DNA of 64,000 nucleotides, taken from NCBI RefSeq assembly GCF_009914755.1, contig NC_060933.1; one strand, 5' to 3'. Shown piece after piece: positions 39,390 through 52,481 of this stretch; position 1 is the first letter of the stretch, and each line of letters starts with the position of its first letter. The notes below the pieces were generated by a model that saw only the letters and a list, made by a program, of their open reading frames with translations, had not been told where the DNA came from and searched no databases. Source of the stretch: the human T2T-CHM13v2.0 reference genome, Homo sapiens. The translations under genes were made by a program, and so were the position numbers.

Positions 39390-39950
39390 ATTCATCCCAG
39401 CTAACGACTTGTTCATTATGAGTGATGATGGATAAAGACTTCTCATGCTGAGATGAAATCAAGATTTATATGCATTGTTTCCTCTCCCAACTTGTGGGAA
39501 GATCATCATCATTTAATTCTATCTCTGCGGCCAGTGATGGGCATCCAGAGAGCTGGTTATCAAACGGCGCAGTCAGCTGGCAAAAGCCGAAACGTGCAGT
39601 TGGCACATCTGGACGGAGCCGCCACAGCCGAGGGTGAACAATGACTCCTGGCAAGCATCCAAATTGCTTGCAGACGCTAGCAGGTCTCATCTACAACCGC
39701 CCCTACCAGCATCTCTCTCTCTCTCTCTTTTTTATGAGAATCAGATTTTCATTGCTCCATTCAATTGCTCTCCTCTGCCATTTTTTACAGCTCTTATCGT
39801 TCCCCTGGAATATGGCCTTGAGACAGCTCATCCGTGTCCTTCACTGTGTTATCTCTTCTAACTTTTATTAAAACTTCAGCTTTCATCTGAAGATAGCTAA
39901 TTAAATCTGGAACAGATTATATGCCTCCCCTTAAAAAGAGCACAAAACTA
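39390..39950. promoter_or_regulatory. Probable ultraconserved/highly conserved non-coding block, in two parts split by a (CT)n tract at ~39712-39730
   Basis: Repeat-free; about 10 CpGs in 39525-39700; E-box and homeodomain motifs. The position matches my recollection of two adjacent ultraconserved elements (uc.270/uc.271) in a MAPKAP1 intron. Confidence 0.65.
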
Positions 39951-40715
39951 TTTTCTTCAACCCCAGCAATGCTTTTTTTCCTTTCCAAAAGGTAAAATCA
40001 AAGGTGTTTAAGAAGTCTCTTTATTTACAGAGCTAAGATATTCAACACGTCATATATGAGTTGATTTATATTAAAGTTGTCTGTGATATGACAAATCTTT
40101 GAGCTATTTCTCAAGATGATTATTTCTCAATCCTGGTATATATCCTTTAAATATCACAGCTAATACTATAAGCATATTTTCTATATAAAGTTGGGTAATG
40201 AAGAGTTAAGTTATTAGTGCACATCAAGTGATTTGTCTTTTTATTCGTCTTTTTTTTTTAAAGGTTGCCCTCATTTGATAAGGATGAAGAGAAATTTTTC
40301 TTTTCTTCCCCATACCACAAATATTAGTAACTAAAAGTTCTCCCATGGGAAATTATGTGAAAACATGAAATTAATAGCAGTGATTCAAGTTTAGGACTGA
40401 TTCGGTTTTCAAGACAGCTTTATATCAACTGATCATCAGCACAAGTAGCTCTGTCTGAGTCTACCACAAATTATTAATGAAGGAACTTCCACAATTGATA
40501 TGAATACATTCTTCTCACATATGCCGCTGACCCAGTCCCTTTCTGAGGCCGAGGGGCAGTGTACAATCACCTTTTCTTGCATAGATCAGCTAACCAAACC
40601 TTCTAGCAATGACATCTGAAAGAATCTAGCCAGCCATCACACACACACACCCCCTATGCCCTTTTAATAAGGGTTAAGCTTCTACTACTGTGAGAATATG
40701 ATTTAACTATCCCAC

Positions 40716-40825
40716 CTGAAACTTTCTGGGATCCTTTTCTTCGCTTCACTGCCTTCAGTAAGATTTCCTTCATGGTAACCTTTGTGTTGTCCACCTGAAT
40801 AAGGGAGAATCCATGAGCAGCATTT
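40716..40825 (-). CDS. MAPKAP1: MAPKAP1 coding exon (probably exon 7), 110 nt, N-terminal half of the Ras-binding domain
   Basis: Acceptor tgtcttttcctacag|A AAT GCT and donor TCA G|gtggga. Translates [38 protein letters not shown]+A completes Ile with the previous exon. Confidence 0.98.
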
Positions 40826-40831
40826 CTGTAG

Positions 40832-41232
<401 letters not shown>

Positions 41233-41647
41233 GTGTTTAAGCAAGTTTTAAAGTAAGTGCATACTGAGGTGCCAATTATTTAAAAATAGGTTGAATAAAT
41301 ATACTTCAAATGGTGGGTGGCGGGGGGGCAGTGATAAACGATTCTAGCGTGAGCAGTTCCATGTGAGAGAGGTCACGCTTAGGGAAGGTTCTTCTAATTT
41401 GTCCAAGTTGAACCTAAGTGGTCTGTGTGGGTCAGCAGCACCATGGGTTCCTAGTGTTGGCTTCCAAACCAAATCTTGCAACAAGGATTGACAACTGATA
41501 AACTTGGCTTGTGTCAGTAGATGTCACTACAGGCAGATACTGCCATCATACTAAGCTCATGGAGCCCCAGACAAAAAAACGTCATGTGGGGCCGCAGGGC
41601 AGTAATACCCCAAAGTAATTGAGAAGGAGGAAAAGAAAATGCTCTAA

Positions 41648-41964
<317 letters not shown>

Positions 41965-44900
41965 GTATTTTTTTTTTTAAATACAGTCTATACACTTCAG
42001 TATGAATGATTTAATCTTAGTCCTAGAAAGTCAAAATATTAGCTGAAGCACAAGTAATTATAAGACAAAACACTTACACTCCTTGTAAGCTTCCAATTAA
42101 TCAAACTGGGTGGGGGAAAGGCTTCATCTAGATTGGAAAAAAACCGCTAAGGAACAAGTACTCTAAAAACAGAAGCCCATCTCCTGTGTGAGGTATAACT
42201 TCACCAAGACTGTTAATTGCAATAGCAAGTATCACAAATACTACTCACTACACTTGGGCACTGGAACAAAACAGACCAATTCCAAGTAGCTCATGTAACA
42301 AACGGGACCCAAGTTTCCAACTATGGAACATGGGAATTGCCACAAGGAGTTTGGTCGCATTCCCATTTCTCCATAAGAATCTCTAAAGGGAATGTGGCCA
42401 AAAAACATGGCAGAACTTCATATTGACGAGAAATCTGAAAGAAAAGCCAAGCCCCAAGCTAAGTTCTGGAAAAGCTTCCCAATGGTAGGACAGGCTGGGA
42501 AGGGCCTTAAGCCTAGGTTGGACCCAACCAGGTGGCTGACTCTCCACAGGGGCTGGGGGCCGATCTCAAAACCAAGGACCTAATTTGCTTCCCTAATACA
42601 GAGACATCTCCACAACCCTCCTCTCCATACGGCTTGCTGTTTAATCCTTGACATTCCATTTGTTAAAAAGCAAAAGCCGATGCTGGTCTGGCCAGCACCA
42701 TCATCCATTTTAACTTGGTCAAGTTCTTGCTATTGAACAGCAGGCCTGAGAACTGTCAAGCTAATTTTACTGAACACTCTGTTACTGAATCATGCCTGAG
42801 TCCCGGCCATTCTTTACCTCAGAAGCTGGACCGCATCCCAGAACAATCTTTAAAAGTTTATTTTACTGATCAAAGCAAAATAAGAAAAAGCTCTTTTTAA
42901 AAAACTATATTTAGGGAGCGATGCAGTAAGTGATACTTTGGCAAGAGTACTGAAACGTAAAGTGCCTTGTGCATTTATAAACTTGGGGGTATTTGCTCTG
43001 GCGCTAGGCCAGTGTGTGTTTGGAACAAATGCCAGTCAACCACGTTCAGATTTGCCTTCCCTTGCTTTCTCCTCAGAAGTCAGTATGCGCTCCATCTGTG
43101 ACAATATGTTGGGCGATGGATGAGTAGGGCCTAAAAGAGAACACAAGTTCTCGGGTACTCACAAACTAGTACTGGCCTGGACCTCATGAACTGCCATCCA
43201 CCTGGTTCTACAGGAACTACTGTAGATTTCAGTCTGCTTAGAAACTGCTTACGTTCCCTCCTAATCTGCTGCCGGCTGACAGCATTATTTCCAGCCAATA
43301 CGTTTATCTTTTTCAGCAAAGGCAGACTAAAAGCTCAAAAGGAAGCCTTGTGTTTGGACTAATTTCCATAAATTAAAAGTGTCCTTTTAAAAGATTTTTG
43401 AGCAGAGGAAAATCCCCAGTCTGTATTTTTCTGTCATTTTACCAAAACGTACCTGGGTGACAAGGTTAAAGCAAGCAGAGGAAATCCCTGGCACTTATCA
43501 TCCACAGGCATTACTGATAAATTGTGTGGTGGAGGAATAAAGGATTACCTTCTGTATTTTTTCATTACACTTTTCTTTTGTTACAGAATACATAAATCCA
43601 TTGTGGCACAATGTAATATGTATCACCATGCTACACCTGCGGACGCTTCCGAGCGGCTGCCATGTCTGTGCAGTCAGGAATGATAAGTGAACCACCCGTG
43701 AATGTTAACGATAGTGATCATTCTGAGGTAACTTGGCTCTCCATCTTCCTTTACAGCCTCCGTGCTGAAGCCAGGGTAGCAAGGTTCATGAGAGGAAAAT
43801 GAAAACAACAGCGAAGGGAAGGGGCACACACGGCCCTCGGAATGGACCTTCGTGAGTGTGCAGTATCTTACTCTGGGGCTCCATTTCCGTAAAAACGTGC
43901 ACGTTAAAAGGAGAAAGAGGTTCTGCCCTGAGTGCTGCACATTCAGGCAGACCTAATAAGAGTTTCCTCAGGTCAGTCCCACGCTCCGCTCCTTTCCCTC
44001 CAGACGAATGCCAACTTTGGATCTTGTTCCACGTCTACAGCGCTTTGGGGGGAGATGGGCAGGGTTTTGTTTTTTGAGTAATACCCTCATATGTTTCCAA
44101 AACGTAAGAGCATAGAATGCAAGTGGTTCTCAGCCTCCGTCTAGGTGCAAGTGTTAAGTTATGCTCCCATTTAACAAGTGGAGATGGAGACTTGCCACCA
44201 CAATTTTCAGCTTGACTTCCAAACATTCTGGGTTTTATGCCTCATTTCTTTATATCCAGGATTTTTTATGGGCTTTCTAAAAAGTCTACTGAAATACATC
44301 TTTTAAAGCCTTTACTTAATGTGGGATGCTGGGTTTGAAGCTGAGAAGACAATGGTCCTGGGGGGAGTGCTGGTAGTGGGCAGGAAAGGAAGGGTGCTCC
44401 TGGTCCTGGCCTGCCTTCCCTGTGGCACACGCTCCAGTCTCTGGGTTAGGAGCTGTGGCGGGGTGATCAGCCCTCGGATGAACAGGCAGGCTACACACAG
44501 ACTCAAAGTCTCGGCTCAGAAACCGCTCCTCCTCCTGCTCGCCTCAGGGACAGACAACCTGTTTTCCCCCAGAGCAGGGCATTCTAGGGACACTGAGAAG
44601 CAGCAGCTGCCCTTCCCACGGCTCCTTGGGCTGTCCATGCTGGGTCTAGGGTGAAACTCCATGTCAGGGAGCGTAAGAAACACTGCCAGGAGTGCTTCAG
44701 TCAATTCAAAGTTAGGTCCTGTCAAGTCTCGTAACCACTGAACGATGTATGGGCATTTTAAAAAGAGACTCCTTGCTTGAGGAGTTCAGCTCCGTCCCAG
44801 CGCACAGCCACTCAGTTACCCCAAAAAAGTTTGTATGCCAGCACGAACCCAACGCAAGCAGGCTTTCTGTACTAAGCAGTAAGCGAGAGGCAATGGGAGC

Positions 44901-47900
44901 CACGGAGCCCACAGGGACACAGGTCTTCATCTGAAAAGCTTAGATTCTATCTTTAGGAACAGAGCTGGAACCAGAACTCAAGTTGGAAGGCAGCATACCG
45001 GAGAGGAAAGGGCATAGGCTGGGGGTTAAATACCCTTTGACCGAAATCTTGGTTCCGTGGCTAACGGAGATGTTGCTGTAACATGTGGGAACCTCAGCCG
45101 CATCCATGAAATGAGTAGGCTACTTCCCTATAGAATTGTCACAAGCATGAAACAGACAATGAATGCCAAGCACCTCACACTATGGCTGGCAAACAGTAAA
45201 GGGAGTCGACGTTAGTTCTCTTTTGTTCCCCTTGCCCTAAGTCATCATTCCAAGAGAAAAGGCCCCACTTCAGCCCCTCCTTCCCCTGCCTCCTAAGCAG
45301 AGACTGCTTATCGGGGGGTGGGAGTCTCAAAACTCACTGCCTGTCATTGGTAACACAGGGGCATTAAAATGTGTGATTTGTTGAGCTTGGTGGCCATATT
45401 CAGGGGCATTATCAGTGAGTAGCCTGTGGCCCAAGCACCAAAATTTCCCAAGAGCTCCAAGGGGAGCACTCTGGGTTGTTTTCAAAACTTTCCTTTTTGA
45501 AAGTGTTAACTATGAAGCAGGTATGTTCCGCCTCAACTTAATTCACTGGCTTTGCATGATGATAATGGAAATTAAAAAATCATGGTGGTGTAGAGAATTT
45601 CAACAACATTTATTAAGAACTTTTTGATTTGCACAATACAAGTTGTCCACTGTTTAACAATTATAACAGCAACTACTATTTATTGAACACTTTCTATGGG
45701 CTAGGTGCTGTTTTAAGCTTTTTAAAAAATATCTGTATTGACTCATTCAATCCTAAAATAGGTACAATTATTACACCCATTTTATAGAAACTGAGGCTGA
45801 AGGCATTAGGGAATTTACCTGAGATCACTCATCTATTAAAAATCCTGTTTTGGATTCAGAAATCAACAATGTGGTCCCTAACCCAAGCTGCACAGTCCAG
45901 TGGGAGAGAAAGATAAGAAGTCAACAAACAATTATAGTTCTGTGTGACAGTCACAAAGGTGGAGGCAAGTTCAGAGTGCTGCCAAAACAAACATAGGGCA
46001 CGTAACCCAGCCACACAGAGGTGAGAGGGTCCGGGAAGCTTCCTAGTGGGGATGATGTCTCAAAACGCAAACATCATTTAGCTCTAAACCATGCTAGGAG
46101 AGACGGTGGCAGCACCAGAAGGCAGCAGAGCACAGTAAGCTCTAGAATAAAGTGACCTGGTTTGGAACCCCACCTCTGCTTTCACGGATAACAACATAAT
46201 CACTTTAACTTCATTTCCTCATCTACAAAATGAGGATGATAATTATTCTTGGATTTTAAGATTGTTGTAAAGGCAAAATACTTCTAAAGTACTTACCATA
46301 ATATCTGTCATATAATAAATGCTTATAGATGAGCCATTAGTTAAAAAAAGATAAATGCTTAATAAACAGTTAATATATAATAAGCATAAGCATTTTCTTC
46401 ATATGTACAATGAAGTAATATATAATGATGAGACAATAATATTCAATATTTATTGAGCACTTACTTTGTTTAATCCTCCTAGAAAAGATAGGTGTTATTA
46501 TGAGTTCCATTTTATAAAAGAGAAAATTGAGGTTTGGCAAGGTTGAGACATTTGTCTGGAGTTATATAATAAGTTAATACATCATATAACTAATAAGTCC
46601 TGAAGGAGCCAGGACTTGAACCCAGATCAGCTAGACTCCCAAGTCTGTGTTTGTTAATCCCTCCACAGCCGCAAAGGGAGTCTTAGGGACTCGGGGAAAG
46701 AAGAGACTTCCAGGGAGCACATCTTCCATACCGGAACCACTGACCCAATCTGTGGAAAAGGTTCAACTTCCACTGTAACAAATTCAGCTTGACTATGAAT
46801 GTCCAGACTCTTAGACTAACCATATGACCTACAGGATTTTTAAGGAGACATTGGAGAATGTCATGGTTTCAAAAGCCACAGTCTCAGTTTGCAGAAGTGG
46901 GAAAAGGTTGCTACGAGCAGTTCTCGAGTCTCTGGTCCTGACCAGTTCCCAATAGTGATGAAGACACACTCTAGTTCCCAACCTGCTCTGGTCCAATTCC
47001 ATGCATGTTCATTCTCCAGCATTTCAAGGTAGAAAATGAAAATATATGAGCAAGAGAAGGCCTTGTAATAACTGCAGCATGCCTGCTTTAAAATAAGTCC
47101 TCTGAGTATGACTTTATCCATAAAGAGTTTACACTAGTGTGAATGCCACATTTTGTTTCCCCTTAGACTGACCAAAAATTTTTTTTAAAGATCAAAGCGT
47201 ACTGTGGGAGCATGCGATGTTTGACATTGGACAAAGTACTCTTTTTCAAAACAGACATTTTCCAAAAACATAACTCGCTAGACTAATGGGCAGTGAGAAG
47301 CCAAAATGACTGCCCTCCGCCTTCTCCTTGTGTATCTTTGCCAGAGTCCTTGGGACTTGCCAAATCCGGTCATGCCTGCTTAGCTTGCTCGACTGATTGT
47401 GCCAGAAAAGAAAATAAGACACAGATGTATTTGAGCTCTTTGAGATGCCAGTAAGAGAGACAGCTAATGGCTTCATTTCGACCCTCCCCTTCCAGCTGGG
47501 CACAGGTGGGGGATAATGAGGTCCCTCTCCCTAATCAAACTCAATTATTTACTACTCTATATAACTGCAAAGACATTCACATTCCGTTCAGAATATAAAA
47601 CACACCGTGGGCTACTTCCAACCACTGCCACTGGGTATTTATAACAAACTCAAGTGGCTAACAGTTTGCCTTGGCAGGAGTTTAAGTGTGTAAAGTTTTG
47701 CAAACTGTTTCTGTTCAAATATGTCCTGCTGAAATGGGGTCCCAGGCGGGGTTCCATAACTGTCAGGTCAGTGAACTGCATAACATCTGAGAATGTATTC
47801 ACCATGCAGTGCAGACAGGATCTGGAAATCAAACGCTTCGTTCTATCACAACCTTCTGAGAAGCATCACAGTTTTTTTCAACAGCAAGACTGACATTGTA

Positions 47901-48742
47901 TTAATAAACATTCCAAGTCACTAGCCTGACATGTACATAGCAGCAGCTGACAGACTCCGACATAAGCTGAGGGGAGAACAGAGGAAATCAAAATGAGACA
48001 TAGTAACTAAACATGGCCAAAGGGGGAAGCATCACCAAACCAATCACATGGGCTCAGAAATGGGAGCTCCCCGACTTTGAAGACACATATTAACTAAAGC
48101 AACAATCTGGCATAATTTTTAGATACAAAGTAAGTTGATGGTTATCTAAAATGTGTGCTTTTATGGTAGGAACAAAGCGAATCCTGGCACAATTTCAAGA
48201 CATTCCAGTGAGCAAAACATACATATTTAGCTTGTCTGACCTTTAAATTCTTAGAAGTGTGTAATTAATGCTTTCCATCTTTATCACTTGCTCCAATATT
48301 TCTGTCACTTTAAACAGACACAAAGAAAAATCCTTTCTTTTCTCTAGACAGTAGCTGTTGCCAAAAAGGAAATCAAGTCAGATTTACAAATACAAAATTA
48401 AACAGGCTGCATATGTTACATTTCCATACACGAGGACAATCTGGACAATGAAAATGTTTGCTAATACAACAGAATGAAAAGAAACAACACACAGTTGGTC
48501 CTCTATGAATCAAGCAAACAATAAATAACCAGGATAATTTATACTCATTTTGTCAGGCCTGGTTACAAAGAACACAAGCATCTTCTTTTATTCCTTATTC
48601 TATTTTAGCTCTGCCTCTTACCAAACAGCATGGCCTTGAATTAGTAACTAACTACCTGTCTCTGAGCCTCAGCTTACATATTATAAAAGTGAATTGCGTA
48701 TAAGAAACTTTACTGATGGGGTGTGGCCAATTTTAAAATATC

Positions 48743-48779
48743 ATAAAAAAGAAATAAATGATAAAAAAAGAAATAAATG
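48743..48779. repeat. 18/19-bp tandem duplication
   Basis: ataaaaaa(a)gaaataaatg x2. Confidence 0.8.
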
Positions 48780-50454
48780 AGATAGCATCTATTGGAGGTA
48801 TGAAACTGAATGAGTGTGTGACAATATTCTCCCTGCCCTCCTCTTTTTTTCATTCTCTAGACCACAAGGCAATAGCATATAACAGAAGGAAAGGCTTCAA
48901 GCTAATGACACCCTTTAATAAAGGTCTGGTCACTTGGGGTATACTGTGGATTTATCATCAAGAAGGTAAACTAAAACTCCCCACTCTTCTGAAAAGCCCA
49001 GTAAAGAGCATGAATGAACCTAGGGCACGCCTCTTTAAAAAAGCAGCTCATCGTTCCCTTTCTGCAGAGCCAAGAGAAGCCAAGGTAGTCTCTGGGAGCC
49101 TGCCCAAGGCAGCCCAGCTTCTGGGCTAAGACCTTCCACTGTTACCTGACAGCTGTTACCCAAAGAGCTCTTGGTTAGAACTGTTCCTTCCTCATGTTCC
49201 TCTAATATATCAAATATTTAAAGGAAAATACATATATATATAGGAGACAGTTTAACTGCTCTGACTTCTAACCTAAGGAGATTCTGACCATTTTATTGGC
49301 CTTGACTTTTTTTTTTTTCCTTTAATGCCCTTCTTCCCCCACTCCAGAGTAGAATCCTGGCATGAAACTTTAATGTCAACACATATAAGGTAATAATACT
49401 ACCACAGTTGTTTTTGTCATTGCCACTTTTGAACTCAATTCAGTCTCACAAATTCTGACTAAATTAGGTCTGTGTTGGGAATGGGAGAAGGAGACGAACA
49501 AGGCAGGTCCCTATCCTTGAGAGGCACTTAGCCCACTCAAGATCTCATTCTCCCTTGTCCTACTTTGTCTAAAGGAACAGTAGGCTTTGGCTTGGTCACT
49601 GCTGGCAAGAAACACTTCTTGAGATGCTGGGCACTATCTGAGCTCCAGCTCTTTATCTGGTTTTGGGGGTCAGCCAAAAACCTTCCCATTCCTCCCACTC
49701 CCTACTTCTCCTCTCTGACACTACTGATATCCAAACATCTTTACTGCTTAAGCTCAAAGTAGTCAGCAAGTCAGGGATTCCCATTTATAGATATATTTGC
49801 TCTGTCCAAAATCAATCAGGAACAATGGATAGCTTAGGAATCCACTTGAAGATTTGTTAAAAGAGGCAGTTTCCATTACCAGGCTCCTAATTTGCAAGTT
49901 GTTAGAATAATCCATTCTCCTTCCCTGAACAACAACTCTATCCAGGGGATTCCTGGGGCCCAGGGGTTCTAGAGGGAAAGCTAGATAGATCTAGTCCTGA
50001 TTTAGTAAGAACATCAGAAGACATCCAATTTCACGTTCCCTTCACAGAATAATTTTCCAATGAGAAATTCATTAATTAGTTCCCCTTTAAAAAATGTAAA
50101 TAATTATAAAATATAATTCACAACCTTTGCATGATGGAATGAAGACAAATTTAAAAATTTCTTTTATATGCAGAAACAGATCTATTTCCCAATTTTGCTA
50201 TAATGGACACATATTAATTATATAATAAAAAATAACTCAAAGGAAGGTTAAACCCCATTCTCACCTTAGTGTAAATTATTCCCACTGAGAATCCCTGACA
50301 GAAATAACAATAGCAACTATGTAACACTTCCTACATGCCAGAGTCTCAGCTAATATTAATAATCACAGCAGCATTTCCTGAGGTTCAAGAGCCCCCAGGA
50401 ATCAACAGATGAATTTACAGACTAAGTTTCAGAATTTAAAAACCTGTTTTCTAA

Positions 50455-50571
50455 CGGTGATGTGAGCCTCTAGTTCCAGCTACTCAGGAGGACTGTCTGA
50501 ACCCAAGAGTTCCAGTCCAGCCTGGGCAGCATAGTGAGACACTGTCTCTAAAAATTTTTTTAAATTAAAAA
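50455..50571 (+). mobile_element. Alu monomer (FLAM/FAM-like) fragment
   Basis: tagttccagctactcaggagg...ccagcctgggcagcatagtgagac. Confidence 0.75.
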
Positions 50572-50572
50572 C

Positions 50573-50697
50573 AATTTTGATTTTAGTCAATGAAAAGCAT
50601 ATAGAGATGTATTATCTATACATATCAATATATGTATGATATGGATGTGTAGCTATATATATCTATATGTGCTTTTCATTGAACTAAAAGCAAAATT
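50573..50697. repeat. 125-bp imperfect palindrome (fold-back)
   Basis: aattttgattttagtcaatgaaaagcatatagagat pairs with atctatatgtgcttttcattgaactaaaagcaaaatt. Confidence 0.9.
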
Positions 50698-50911
50698 ATA
50701 TGTGTCACCACATATTTTATATATGTCACTGTGTGTGTGTGGGGGGGTGTATGAGATAAAGATACAGATATAGGCCCCTCCTCACTCCTCATCTTCCATG
50801 TTCCCCATTTTCCACCCACCTGGGGAGCCCTGAGCCACTGCCTAGAGGAGAAATACCCAAGAGAGTCACCTGGCCTACATCAGACAAATGTGAACAAGAA
50901 ATAAAATTATT

Positions 50912-51720
<809 letters not shown>

Positions 51721-51997
51721 AACGTGGCGAGATTTGGGGGGTTATGTGTTCCAGCAGCTAGAGTTATTTAACATAACTAACAAACTTAGTAAAAGTCAAA
51801 TGGCATTACTGCAAGCTGCATACAGAACTTGTTTGCTGAACAGAGAAAAATGGTGACAGAATTCAGTGGGCACAAAGATCTCTATGAACAGTCTTGCTGG
51901 TCTCTGAAAAATCTGTGCTGTTTGGTGCCAAGTCACACTATACACAAGTATCAGTCAGGCAGAGCCCACTTATGTATAGACCAAGCAACAGATAAAG

Positions 51998-52133
51998 TAG
52001 AGTGACCAATCTGGTTTACCTAAGATGGAGGAAGGGGTTGGAGGTGAGCATCAGGGAGTGCTCATAGATTCAGGACTTTCAGTTTTGAAACAGGGAGAGT
52101 CCTGGACAAACCATCACAAACTGATCATACTAA
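51998..52133. mobile_element. MER81/MER94-like hAT-Blackjack element
   Basis: tagagtgaccaa...ggactttcagttttgaaacagggagagtcctggacaaacc...tgatcatacta; degenerate terminal inverted repeats. Confidence 0.6.
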
Positions 52134-52173
52134 CAGAAAGCGTGGTGGGCCAAACGTAAAGTAGAGTTTTCTA

Positions 52174-52481
<308 letters not shown>

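Noticed and set aside
39466-39690. 74-aa minus-strand ORF within the conserved block as a hidden coding exon
   Set aside because: Its upstream minus-strand sequence is purine-rich (GA)n, so there is no acceptor, and I see no clear donor or known protein similarity. PhyloCSF would be decisive.
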